Part shown: piece after piece, positions 1 to 9,031 of the stretch | Numbering within the stretch: the first letter of the stretch is position 1 | Layout: each line of letters begins with the position of its first letter | The notes under the pieces: generated by a model | Seen by the model: only the letters and a program-made list of their open reading frames with translations | Told to the model about the DNA's origin: nothing | The model's database searches: none | DNA from: an uncultured Actinomycetes bacterium | GTDB lineage: Bacteria; Actinomycetota; Thermoleophilia; RBG-16-64-13 | Assembly: GCA_963775295.1 (NCBI GenBank) | Contig: CAVZIK010000006.1 | Span: forward strand, 3,218,829-3,282,828 | Length of the DNA stretch: 64,000 nt | Direction of reading: 5' to 3' | Made by a program: the position numbers and the translations under genes

Positions 1-314
1 GAAGCAGGAGTAGCAACGGCACCAGGGCGAGGCGTGCAATCGTTAGCGAATTTGGTCGAGTACTCCTCGGAAAGAGCCGGAGAAGGACCTTTCGGACCAG
101 ATTATCCGTGAATCTTTGTGCCGCCGGAGACGACCGATTCTGCCCAGAGTCACCTCTAGGCGCAATTTCTGGGCCGCGATCTTTTGTCATGGTTGGAAAC
201 TCTCAGTGTCCCGGTACGCCAGTACGTCTCCAAGGCGGCCCCGCATTAGGCCCTCTTCGGGAGGCCTCCAGCCTGGCGAAGGAACAGGACAACGGATGTC
301 TAGCACTGGAGGTA

Positions 315-1766
315 TCAGTCGGCGTTCATGCCGTTGACTATGCGGGTACCGATCTCCCTGTCGATGTTGCTCCAATATTCGAAGGCACGCTTGAGAACCG
401 GTTCGGACACGCCGTTCTTCAAGTGCCCGACAACATTCGATACCAGTCGATCTCGCTGGGCATCGTCCATCACCTTACGAACCAGCGCGCCGGCCTGGCC
501 CCAGTCGTCGTCGTCTTTGCGCAGAGTATAAGCGGCACGGATGAACTCGCCGCTCGCCCCCCAAACCTCCACCTGGGGATACCGCTCCCCGTCGGCTTGC
601 GGGCCGCCCTTTGAGTTGGGCGCATACACGGGGTCGGACACGTTTTGCACCCGCATCGCCCCATCCTTGCTGTAGCTGTGCACCGCCGCTTTTGGCTGAT
701 TGACGGGAATCTGCTTATAGTTGACTCCCAAGCGGGCCCGATGGGCATCCGCGTAGGAGAAGAGACGGGCAAGCAGCATCTTGTCTGGGCTGGGACCGAT
801 CCCCGGTACCAGGTTGTTCGGTTCGAACGCCGCCTGCTCGATCTCGGTATGAAAGTCGGTGGGGTTGCGATTCAAGACCAGTCGGCCGACATCGTGCAGC
901 GGGTAGTCACTGTGCGGCCACACCTTGGTCAAATCGAAAGGGTTGAAGCGGTAGGTCTCGGCCTCGTCAAACGGCATGATCTGCATCTTCAGCGTCCAAC
1001 TCGGAAAGTCGCCGCGCTTGATGGCCTCAAAGAGATCACGTCGATGAAAGTCGGCGTCCATGCCGGCGATCCGATCCGCCTCTTCCTGCGTAAGAAAGTC
1101 GATACCCTGATCGGTCTTGAAATGGTACTTCACCCAGAAACGTTCGCCTCCCGCGTTGGCCCACATGTAGGTATGGCTCGAGTAGCCATTCATGTGACGC
1201 CAGGTCTTGGGTATCCCCCGGTCTCCCATGAGCCACGTGACTTGATGGGCCGATTCGGGCGACAAAGTCCAGAAGTCCCATTGCATATCGTGATCGCGCA
1301 GCCCGTTGTCGGCCCGGCGTTTCTGGGAGCGGATGAAGTGCTGGAACTTCATGGGGTCGCGCACGAAGAAGACCGGGGTGTCGTTCCCCACCATGTCGTA
1401 GTTGCCCTCGGTCGTGTAGAAGCGGAGCGCAAAGCCGCGTGGGTCACGCCAGGTATCCGGGCTGCCGCGCTCCCCGGCCACAGTGGAAAAACGGATGAAC
1501 GTATCGGTCTTCGTCCCCGGCTGAAATACCGCCGCTTTTGTGAACGGGCTGACGTCTTCCGTTACCTCAAAATACCCGAAGGCTCCCGAGCCCTTGGCGT
1601 GAGGCTGCCGTTCCGGGATGCGTTCCCGGTTGAAGTTGGCCATCTGCTCGATCAGATAGTAGTCCTGCAAAAGGATGGGCCCGTCCGGGCCCACGGTAAG
1701 CGAGTACTCGTCGCTCGCGACGGGGATTCCAGCGTCCGTCGTTGTCGGCTTCCGGTCGTCCTTCAT
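315..1766 (-). CDS. katA: Monofunctional heme catalase (small subunit)
   Basis: [15 protein letters not shown] distal His motif, [17 protein letters not shown] proximal Tyr motif. ATG at 1766 lies 8 nt after GAGGAG (the ORF track starts at GTG 1772). Confidence 0.97.
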   Translation of the reverse strand: MKDDRKPTTTDAGIPVASDEYSLTVGPDGPILLQDYYLIEQMANFNRERIPERQPHAKGSGAFGYFEVTEDVSPFTKAAVFQPGTKTDTFIRFSTVAGERGSPDTWRDPRGFALRFYTTEGNYDMVGNDTPVFFVRDPMKFQHFIRSQKRRADNGLRDHDMQWDFWTLSPESAHQVTWLMGDRGIPKTWRHMNGYSSHTYMWANAGGERFWVKYHFKTDQGIDFLTQEEADRIAGMDADFHRRDLFEAIKRGDFPSWTLKMQIMPFDEAETYRFNPFDLTKVWPHSDYPLHDVGRLVLNRNPTDFHTEIEQAAFEPNNLVPGIGPSPDKMLLARLFSYADAHRARLGVNYKQIPVNQPKAAVHSYSKDGAMRVQNVSDPVYAPNSKGGPQADGERYPQVEVWGASGEFIRAAYTLRKDDDDWGQAGALVRKVMDDAQRDRLVSNVVGHLKNGVSEPVLKRAFEYWSNIDREIGTRIVNGMNAD

Positions 1767-1851
1767 GATCACTGCTCCTCATGTCGTTGAGACATTTGTA
1801 CCAGTCTTGCGCAGTTGTTAATCCACGACACGGATGCTTGGGATGCTGGCT

Positions 1852-2679
1852 CTAACGCTGCGCCAATGCGTACACGATCGAGAGCGACAGGTGCAGCCCG
1901 TCTTCGCTGGACATTGATCGCAACTTTCCAAGGAACTCCTCTCGAAACTGAGCTTGCATGGTCTCGTCCACGCTCAAGATAGCCGAACGCGCAGCCATCG
2001 TCAGCAAGAAGTCCCACCACTCTTCGCCCCTCGCATATATGATTTCGGCGGTCTCGCTGACCGCCCGAACGCCCCGGAAACCGCACAGCTGGAGCAGCGA
2101 ATCGATCTCATGCGGAGTGTAGTATGCCAAGGGATCAGACAAGGGCAGCGAAGCCCTGTATTCGACCAATTGCCTGGCGAGGACCGTCCAGGCCGGTGTG
2201 AAGGCGGGCGGCGTGTTGCCGAAGACAGACACCCCGATATAGCCGCCCGGTTTGGTAACGCGATGCATCTCACGCAGAGCGGCTTCTTGATTAGGGAAGA
2301 GAAAGAGCGCGTGAGCGCAAAGGACGGCGTCAAAGGTCTGGTCGGGGAACTCGAGATGCTCAGCATCCATCTTGCGCAATTCGACGTTGACAAGCCCATC
2401 CGCCTTGGCCGCTCGCTCAGCTTCTTGAAGCATGCCGGCTGAAAGGTCGACCCCCGTAACCTGCCCATCAGAGCCCAACCGCCGCGCGACGGCCAGCAGC
2501 ACGGCGCCGTTCCCCGTGGCGACATCCAGCACTCGCGCGCCCGGCTCGAGCGGAACCTGTTCCACAAGGCGGGAGCCTAATCGAGCAAAGATACGGGGGC
2601 CCCTCCGGTCGTAAATCGCGGAGGAGTCGTCGAAGACTCGCTCAGTCATCTGCTTGCTGGGTATCAGCGGCTCAGGCAT
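1852..2679 (-). CDS. Class I SAM-dependent methyltransferase (UbiE/Methyltransf_11-like)
   Basis: VLDVATGNG motif I, GVDLS, MDAEHLEFPDQTFD, LREMHRVTKPGG. Start chosen at the ATG after AAGGAAGAGA. Confidence 0.88.
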   Translation of the reverse strand: MPEPLIPSKQMTERVFDDSSAIYDRRGPRIFARLGSRLVEQVPLEPGARVLDVATGNGAVLLAVARRLGSDGQVTGVDLSAGMLQEAERAAKADGLVNVELRKMDAEHLEFPDQTFDAVLCAHALFLFPNQEAALREMHRVTKPGGYIGVSVFGNTPPAFTPAWTVLARQLVEYRASLPLSDPLAYYTPHEIDSLLQLCGFRGVRAVSETAEIIYARGEEWWDFLLTMAARSAILSVDETMQAQFREEFLGKLRSMSSEDGLHLSLSIVYALAQR

Positions 2680-2739
2680 TCTCTTCCTTTTCTGGGCATC
2701 ACTTCGTGCTTCTCTGCATTCCACGACCGTGACGGGGAA

Positions 2740-3180
2740 CTAATCCCTCTGAACGTACACCTTGAATTTGACATTGCCGAGTCCGCCATACTTGATCCCT
2801 TGATCGAGGCAACTTGCGAACTGCGCCTGCCCGTCGTTGGGATCTAGCCCCTCACTCATGCGATCCCACGCTTGGTGCACCAAATCCGCGACCGGTCCAA
2901 TCGCCTTGATACAGAGGGGGCAATCGGATTCTTTCGGCAGCAGCATGGCCGGGAGAGCCTGCATAACTAACTTCTGGCCGACCTTGCACCCCGCCGAGCA
3001 GAACTTTGACTCCGTGACCTCGGCGATGATCTTGGCTTGGGCTATCTCCTCTTGGTGAGCAATTAGGCGCCGGTTGAATCCGAAGCTGATGTGCTCCTCG
3101 AATTCGGCATCCGACATCCCCATAGTTTGCTTGAGACCCAATGCGGCTTGCCGCGCGGCCTCGATGTCGATATCTGTCAT
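2740..3180 (-). CDS. Cys-rich hypothetical protein, TIGR04076-like
   Basis: Pattern AEVTESKFCSAGCKVGQK...CPLCIKA...SCLD...GNVKFKV resembles the TIGR04076 family. Start inferred from the RBS TAAGGA. Confidence 0.6.
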   Translation of the reverse strand: MTDIDIEAARQAALGLKQTMGMSDAEFEEHISFGFNRRLIAHQEEIAQAKIIAEVTESKFCSAGCKVGQKLVMQALPAMLLPKESDCPLCIKAIGPVADLVHQAWDRMSEGLDPNDGQAQFASCLDQGIKYGGLGNVKFKVYVQRD

Positions 3181-3267
3181 CTCGCCGTCCTTAGGCTCGC
3201 TTTTCACGATGCCTAAGGATAGATCATCGTCCAATCTCCCGCCCTCGAGGAGACCGAGTTGAAGCAA

Positions 3268-3996
3268 TCAACCCTGAAGTGGCTGCCCTTCGACAAAGCG
3301 ATATCCCACACCCTGCTCGGTGAGTAAGTACCTTGGGTCGGCCGGATCGTCCTCTAGTTTGCGCCGCAGATTTGCGACGTACATTCGGGGATAGTGTGTC
3401 TGGGTGGAGCAGCCCGGCCCCCAAACCTCTTCCAGCAGATACCGGTGTGTCAGCACCTTGCCCGATTTCTTGATAAACGTGGTCAGCAAACGATATTCGA
3501 TAGGAGTCAGGTGAACGATCTCTCCCCGCAGGGTCACGAGGCGGCTCGCCAGATCCACGACCAGATCACCGGCTTCAAAGCGGGAGGAGTCGTCCCGGGT
3601 GCCGTCTTTTAACACAGCTGCGTGCCGCAGAGCCACCTTCACCCGCGCGAGCAATTCCGGCACACCGAATGGTTTCGTGAGGTAGTCGTCAGCTCCGGAA
3701 TTAAGCGCGTCGACCTTGTCGCTCTCCTGATCTCTCGCAGAGAGAACGATGATCGGCACCTGCGACCACTCCCTCACTCGTGTGAGGACCGTCGTGCCGT
3801 CGGAATCCGGGAGACCTAAGTCAAGAAGGATTAGGTCGGGAGGCTGGCCGAGCACCATGGTGAACGCGTCGTGAGCATTCCCGGCCTCAGCCACCTGATA
3901 TCCCTCGTGCAGAAGGGCGGCCCGCAGGAAACGTCTCATGGGAACCTCGTCCTCAACGATGAGGACACTCACACCCGCCACGGATTCTCTAGCCAT
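3268..3996 (-). CDS. kdpE: OmpR-family response regulator KdpE
   Basis: VLIVEDE, LILLDLGLPD, GADDYLTKPF, HLTPIEYRLL, LRRKLEDDPADPRYLLTEQGVGYRF. Lies downstream of kdpD. Confidence 0.93.
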   Translation of the reverse strand: MARESVAGVSVLIVEDEVPMRRFLRAALLHEGYQVAEAGNAHDAFTMVLGQPPDLILLDLGLPDSDGTTVLTRVREWSQVPIIVLSARDQESDKVDALNSGADDYLTKPFGVPELLARVKVALRHAAVLKDGTRDDSSRFEAGDLVVDLASRLVTLRGEIVHLTPIEYRLLTTFIKKSGKVLTHRYLLEEVWGPGCSTQTHYPRMYVANLRRKLEDDPADPRYLLTEQGVGYRFVEGQPLQG

Positions 3997-4036
3997 TGTC
4001 CTCTCCAACAGCGATCAACGCGTAGCACACCTCGGG

Positions 4037-6058
4037 CTAAACCGACCGATTGTCACTAGCAATGCAGGCATCTTCCCCCAGTTCAAGATCGCCCGGGGGA
4101 GAACCAAGGGGAAGAGTGAAGGAGAACACCGCCCCGCCGTCAGGACGGTTTGCGGCGCAGATGTGACCACCGTGAGCGAGGACGATCGCACGTGCAATCG
4201 CGAGACCGAGGCCTGCACCGCGAGCAACATGCGCGGAGGCACTTCCTCGGTATAGCTTCTCGAAAATGGCGTCCGCTTCACCCTCCGACAGTCCCGGGCC
4301 TCGATCGGCTACCTCTATCTTGAGCTCATCCGAGGTCGAACTGATAAGCAAGTCTATCGGGCTGTCGGGCTTCGAGTACTTGGCGGCGTTTTCGAGGAGA
4401 TTGAAGAGGACCTGTTCGATCATCACACCGTCGAGTTGGACGAGAGGGAGAGCCTCCGACCAGTGCTTCTGTACTACCCTGTCCGGGCTCACCTTCCTTA
4501 GCCGCCCGAGCGCAGAGCCCACGACGTCCTCCACAGGAAACCACTCTGCGGCAACCTTTATCTCGCCCGAGTCGAGCCGCGTCATGGCCAGAAGATTCTC
4601 GACCAACCTGGTAAGCCGGTTGGACTCCTCGTAGACCTCCGCGATCAGTCCTGCTTTGGTCTCGCGGTCGCCTCCATCTCCCAGTTGAAGCAAGGTGCTG
4701 GCCGTACCCGAGATGACAGCCAGAGGAGTGCGCAAATCGTGCGAAACAGCGCTCAACAAGGAGCTGCGCATCCTCTCGGTTTCGGCTTCGAGAACCGCTT
4801 TTTGACTCGTTTCGGCGAGCATGTCGCGTTCGATAGCGATGCCGATCTGAGTGGCGGCCGCTTCCAACAACTGCTGGTTCTCCAGGGCGCCAAGGACGTC
4901 TTCCGGAGCCTCGACCGAAAGCACCCCTACCATTCCGTGCGCCGTGATCATGGGCGTATGAAGCGAGGCCGCGCCGGAAACAGCTTGCGTCCCCCGTCCA
5001 GCCGGTTCTCCGTGCCGAAAGGCCCACGTGGCCGCGTCCCGCTCCGCACCGGTGGTGTGTTGATCCTGTACTTTCTCCTCTAGAGTCTGATCTGGCCGAG
5101 GCAGGTAGATCTCCACCGGGCTGTCGAATACTCCCCCCATCTCCGTCTCCGCTACACGAAGTATCTCACCGACACCCGAGACGCCGGACAATCCGCGCGT
5201 GAGCCGATAAAGAGCTTCGAGGCGACGCTCCCTGGCTCTTGCTGTTTCCACCTGCCGTCGCAGACGCGCTGCAAGCGTCCCCACGAGGAGGGCCACCGCG
5301 GCCATGACCACGAGGGTGACAAGGTACTGGATGTCCTGCACCGCGAGTGTGAAACGTGGTGGCACGAAGAAGAAGTCGAAAGCCAGTACCGACGCCACCG
5401 CCGCGAGGACCCCAGGCCCAAGCCCCCATGAGATCGCGGCCGCCACCACCGCTGGAATGAAGACAACGGCCCTGTTTGCCTCGGAAAGACCGGCCTCCTC
5501 GAGCAAGAGCGCTACCAGGCACGCGACGATGACCGCGCCCACCGCGCCCGCATATCCTCGCCAAGTCGCCCGTCCCCGACGCGATGGGCTTGACCGCTTA
5601 GCGGACCCGCCCGTGCCTTGGACTACGTAGATGTCGATGTCACCACTCAGCCGCAGAAGTCGCTCCACAATGCTCGTTCTGAAGAGCCGAAGCCAGCGAC
5701 GATCCGTAGACTTGCCTATGACGATCCTGGTCACGCCCCGGGAGCGCGCATAACCGATTATGCCTTGTGCAACGTCGTGGCCCGACAGGTTAACCACCTC
5801 GGCTCCGAGGCGTCTGGCCAGATGGATGTTCTCCATCAGTTGGTGCCTCTCGACCGGATCCAGTTCGCTCGTCTGGCGGGTCTCGACACTCGCAGCAACC
5901 CAATGCGCATTCAAAGAGAATGCCATTCGCTGGGAACTACGAATCACCCTGGCGGAAGTGGGACTGGGGCCGATGCATACAAGAAGCATCTCCGGGGTTG
6001 GTCCGGCATCTCGGGAACCATCTTCGGCTGATCTGCCGGCCTCAGGGTGGGTGGACAC
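4037..6058 (-). CDS. kdpD: KdpD-like sensor histidine kinase lacking the N-terminal KdpD domain (USP-DUF4118 TM-GAF-HisKA-HATPase)
   Basis: LLVCIGPSPTS USP domain, AFDFFFVPPRFT (DUF4118), SAVSHDLRTPL H-box, NLLENAAKYS, DRGPG, GLGLAIA. Start uncertain: GTG 6058 follows GGGGGAGG, while the ORF track opens at 6172. Confidence 0.9.
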   Translation of the reverse strand: MSTHPEAGRSAEDGSRDAGPTPEMLLVCIGPSPTSARVIRSSQRMAFSLNAHWVAASVETRQTSELDPVERHQLMENIHLARRLGAEVVNLSGHDVAQGIIGYARSRGVTRIVIGKSTDRRWLRLFRTSIVERLLRLSGDIDIYVVQGTGGSAKRSSPSRRGRATWRGYAGAVGAVIVACLVALLLEEAGLSEANRAVVFIPAVVAAAISWGLGPGVLAAVASVLAFDFFFVPPRFTLAVQDIQYLVTLVVMAAVALLVGTLAARLRRQVETARARERRLEALYRLTRGLSGVSGVGEILRVAETEMGGVFDSPVEIYLPRPDQTLEEKVQDQHTTGAERDAATWAFRHGEPAGRGTQAVSGAASLHTPMITAHGMVGVLSVEAPEDVLGALENQQLLEAAATQIGIAIERDMLAETSQKAVLEAETERMRSSLLSAVSHDLRTPLAVISGTASTLLQLGDGGDRETKAGLIAEVYEESNRLTRLVENLLAMTRLDSGEIKVAAEWFPVEDVVGSALGRLRKVSPDRVVQKHWSEALPLVQLDGVMIEQVLFNLLENAAKYSKPDSPIDLLISSTSDELKIEVADRGPGLSEGEADAIFEKLYRGSASAHVARGAGLGLAIARAIVLAHGGHICAANRPDGGAVFSFTLPLGSPPGDLELGEDACIASDNRSV

Positions 6059-6127
6059 GGCCTCCCCCGAAAACTCGGTGTCTTGTCTGTGCTCAGGCAA
6101 GGCAAGTGTACTCTCGGAATAGCTGCC

Positions 6128-6153
6128 TCTTACATTCTTACAGCCTTTATGCA
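6128..6153. promoter_or_regulatory. Candidate KdpE-binding AT-rich repeat in the divergent kdpD / kimA-operon promoter region
   Basis: TCTTACA at 6128-6134 and 6136-6142, followed by TTTATGC at 6146-6152. Resembles the TTTA(C/T)A half-sites of the E. coli KdpE site, but the spacing is not canonical. Confidence 0.35.
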
Positions 6154-6207
6154 TTTTGGGCGTCTTTCTCAATCCGCCCTATATGCGCGCAGTGCGATGC
6201 TTCTTAT

Positions 6208-6642
6208 ATGAACCGAAAGCCCCCGCGTATCACTGTTCTGCTCTTCGTTGCGCAAATGAACACGATCGCCGCGCAAGCTCTCGCCTATGGCGCTTCGCTC
6301 GCGGCCGAGAGGTTTGAGGCGGTGTCCGTGGCCGTGGACCCGAGAGCGGTGGAGCGACTGCGAGAGGACTGGGTGTCTCTTGGTGTGCGGGTCCCGCTCG
6401 TGATCGTCGAATCCACCGGCCAGGGGTTCTTGGGACCGGCGACGCGCTATGTCCGTTCGCTTGGACCCGCCCCCGATCACTCGATCGTGGTGCTCATACC
6501 GGAATTGGTGGTCGATCACTGGTACGCAACGATCTTCCACAACCAGAGCGAGGCGAGGTTGAAGGCCGCGCTTCAGGACATCCCGTGGGTGGTCGTCGTG
6601 AGCGTCCCGCTGCACTATCCCCAAACTCAGAAGAGTGAGTGA
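6208..6642 (+). CDS. Stand-alone paralog of the KimA C-terminal cytoplasmic domain (144 aa)
   Basis: Ungapped manual alignment to the C-terminus of the adjacent KimA gives about 60/132 identities (LFVAQ, VPL, PE, HW, HNQ, RLKAAL, PWVVV). ATG at 6208; the stop lies 6 nt before the kimA start. Confidence 0.85.
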   Translation: MNRKPPRITVLLFVAQMNTIAAQALAYGASLAAERFEAVSVAVDPRAVERLREDWVSLGVRVPLVIVESTGQGFLGPATRYVRSLGPAPDHSIVVLIPELVVDHWYATIFHNQSEARLKAALQDIPWVVVVSVPLHYPQTQKSE

Positions 6643-6648
6643 ACAGAC

Positions 6649-8529
6649 TTGAACTCAAGGCCTCAAACAATCAAGCGAATGCTGCTGGGCCGACCGATTC
6701 CGAATTCGGAGGAGCAACATCAGAGGCTGTCTAAGAAAACAGCACTCTCGATCTTCTCGTCAGACGCCATTTCCTCGAGCGCGTACGCCACGGAAGAGAT
6801 ACTGTTCGTGCTCGTCGGCGCGGGCGTGGTTCTGTCAAGAGCCTCGTTGTATATCAGTCTGGCGGTCGTGGCGCTCCTCGCAATCGTGGTCCTCTCCTAC
6901 CAGCAAACCATCCGGGCCTACCCGAGCGGTGGCGGATCATACATCGTGAGCACCGCCAATCTGGGCAGAGCGCCAGGCCTGATCGCCGCGGCTGCGCTCA
7001 TGATCGACTATGTGATGACCGTGGCAGTCAGTGTCGCCGCGGGTGTCGCCGCCGTCACCTCCGCTCTGCCCGCCGCATACCCATATCGAGTGATCATCTC
7101 CGTGGTTGTGATCGCACTCGTCACTCTCATTAACCTGCGTGGGATCCGAGAATCGGGCAAGGTGTTCGTCACCCCGACGTACGGGTTCATCATCATGGCG
7201 GGTGGTCTAGTGATCGTGGGCACAGCACGCTGGCTCTCAGGTTCTCTGCATGTCCCGAGCGCCTTGCCAACGGCACCCGGCGGTAGTCTCGGAGTATTGG
7301 GCTTCTTTCTCTTGCTGCGGGCGTTCACCGCGGGATGTACCACCCTCACCGGAACCGAGGCCATCTCTAACGGCGTCCCCGCCTTCAAGCCACCGGAGAG
7401 TCGCAACGCCTCGATCACATTGGGAGTTATGGCGGTCATCCTCGGCACGCTCCTTCTCGGCGTGACGAACCTTTCGCAAGTTCTGCATTTGGAACCCAAC
7501 GCGCAGCAAACGATCCTTAGTCAGCTGGGTCGGGCCGTATATGGGGACGGAAGTTTCTTCTATTACGCGCTCCAGATCACCACCATGGCTATCTTGTTCC
7601 TGGCGGCGAATACGAGCTTCGCCGACTTCCCACGCCTGTCCTTCATCTTGGCGCGTGACGGACTCATGCCACGGCAGTTCATGAATCGTGGGGACAAGCT
7701 GGCCTTCTCCAACGGCATAATCGGCCTCGCACTCTTGTCTGTCTTGATCGTCGTCATCTTCGGCGCCAATGTGACTCGGATGATTCCCCTCTACGCCGTG
7801 GGTGTGTTCGTGAGCTTCACCCTTTCGCAGGCCGGCATGGTCGTGCACTGGTTCAAAGTTCGAGGGGATGGGTGGCGGCACCGCGCTGTCATGAACGGAG
7901 TAGGAGCAGCCGCGACCGCTGTTGTCGCAGGGATGCAAATGATCACCAAGTTCGTGGAAGGCGCATTCATCGTCCTCATTGCCGGCGCCATCCTCGTATT
8001 CCTGCTCGACCGCATCAGCCGCCACTACCGGCGGGTGGGCCGAATCTTCTCCCCCACGACGATCGATCGCGCGCGGCTGTCTTCGATCGCGCGTTTGCGG
8101 CCGCGCACGACAGTCATATTGTTCGTTGCTCAAGTGAACGAGCTCACAGCCAGGGCCATCTCCATGGGACGCGCAATCGCGCCCGACGACGTTCGCGCCG
8201 TCAACATCAGCAGCGATCCCGATCAGGCGAACCGCCTCAAAGAGACATGGGACGAGATGAAGCTGGGCGTGCCTCTGCTCGTCGTCGATTCTCCGTTTCG
8301 TGAGTTCATTCGTCCCGCCGTGGAATACATTCAGTCGCTCGAGCCCGGTCCAGAGCGATCAGTGACGGTGATTGTGCCGGAGTTCATCGTGGAACATTGG
8401 TGGGAACACTTGCTGCACAATCAGAACGCCTTTCGCCTCAAGGCGGCTCTCCTCGGTCTGCCGTGGGTCGTAGTGACCAGCGTCCCGTTCCACATCGGGC
8501 GTAGCGATACCCCGACGACCCATACATAA
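6649..8529 (+). CDS. kimA: KimA/YdaO-type K+ transporter (APC superfamily, KUP-related)
   Basis: KRMLLGRP, FSSDAISSSAYATEEI, YPSGGGSY, DYVMTVAVS, TGTEAISNGVPAFKPPE, ANTSFADFPRL, IPLYAVGVF, LLHNQ. Confidence 0.93.
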   Translation: MNSRPQTIKRMLLGRPIPNSEEQHQRLSKKTALSIFSSDAISSSAYATEEILFVLVGAGVVLSRASLYISLAVVALLAIVVLSYQQTIRAYPSGGGSYIVSTANLGRAPGLIAAAALMIDYVMTVAVSVAAGVAAVTSALPAAYPYRVIISVVVIALVTLINLRGIRESGKVFVTPTYGFIIMAGGLVIVGTARWLSGSLHVPSALPTAPGGSLGVLGFFLLLRAFTAGCTTLTGTEAISNGVPAFKPPESRNASITLGVMAVILGTLLLGVTNLSQVLHLEPNAQQTILSQLGRAVYGDGSFFYYALQITTMAILFLAANTSFADFPRLSFILARDGLMPRQFMNRGDKLAFSNGIIGLALLSVLIVVIFGANVTRMIPLYAVGVFVSFTLSQAGMVVHWFKVRGDGWRHRAVMNGVGAAATAVVAGMQMITKFVEGAFIVLIAGAILVFLLDRISRHYRRVGRIFSPTTIDRARLSSIARLRPRTTVILFVAQVNELTARAISMGRAIAPDDVRAVNISSDPDQANRLKETWDEMKLGVPLLVVDSPFREFIRPAVEYIQSLEPGPERSVTVIVPEFIVEHWWEHLLHNQNAFRLKAALLGLPWVVVTSVPFHIGRSDTPTTHT

Positions 8530-8612
8530 AAGCCCCGCTCGGGCCGGCTTCGAGCATGCGTTTTGCGGGTACCACTGTCCCCGATGAACCCGCCCCGCAA
8601 CCCGCGGGGTTG

Positions 8613-8632
8613 TAGAATACCTACCGGGGTAA
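8613..8632 (+). promoter_or_regulatory. -10 element (TAGAAT) overlapped by a CsoR-family-like operator
   Basis: TAGAAT at 8613-8618 followed by ATACCTACCGGGGTAA (TACC-N6-GGTA with a G-tract), upstream of the glutaredoxin gene. Confidence 0.45.
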
Positions 8633-8657
8633 CCTCGTCGTCGATGTGGAGCCTAAA

Positions 8658-8894
8658 ATGGCAGTCATTGTGTACTCATCACCCACTTGCAGGTTCTGCG
8701 TGGCCGCTAAGCGATACCTCAAGGACCATAAGATTCGGTTTCGCGACCTGGATATATCACGAGACCCGGGTTTGGCCGCCGAGATGAAACGGAAGAGCGG
8801 ACAGCAAGGCGTCCCGGTGATTGATGTCAATGGACATGTGATTGTTGGGTTCGATAAACGCCGTTTGAATGCCGCTCTGGGCATCAAAGACTAA
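8658..8894 (+). CDS. Glutaredoxin-like protein (NrdH/YruB family)
   Basis: VIVYSSPTCRFC CxxC, SGQQGVPVIDVNG, IVGFD. ATG at 8658 follows TGGAG. Confidence 0.9.
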   Translation: MAVIVYSSPTCRFCVAAKRYLKDHKIRFRDLDISRDPGLAAEMKRKSGQQGVPVIDVNGHVIVGFDKRRLNAALGIKD

Positions 8895-9031
8895 GCTGAG
8901 TCATGGTAGGTCAGTCTCAGAACTCGAGTCGCCAGAGTCAACGCGATTGATAAGAAGACATACTAGGGACATCAAGCGAGCAGTCAGGCTGCCACAGGTC
9001 GCGTCACCACCACTCGGGAAGCGGGGCATCA

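Noticed and set aside
6059-6207. c-di-AMP (ydaO) riboswitch expected upstream of kimA
   Set aside because: None of the conserved elements (GCTGAAT, GGGGGAACC, CCCGTCAGCTAAC) is present, and the space is short.
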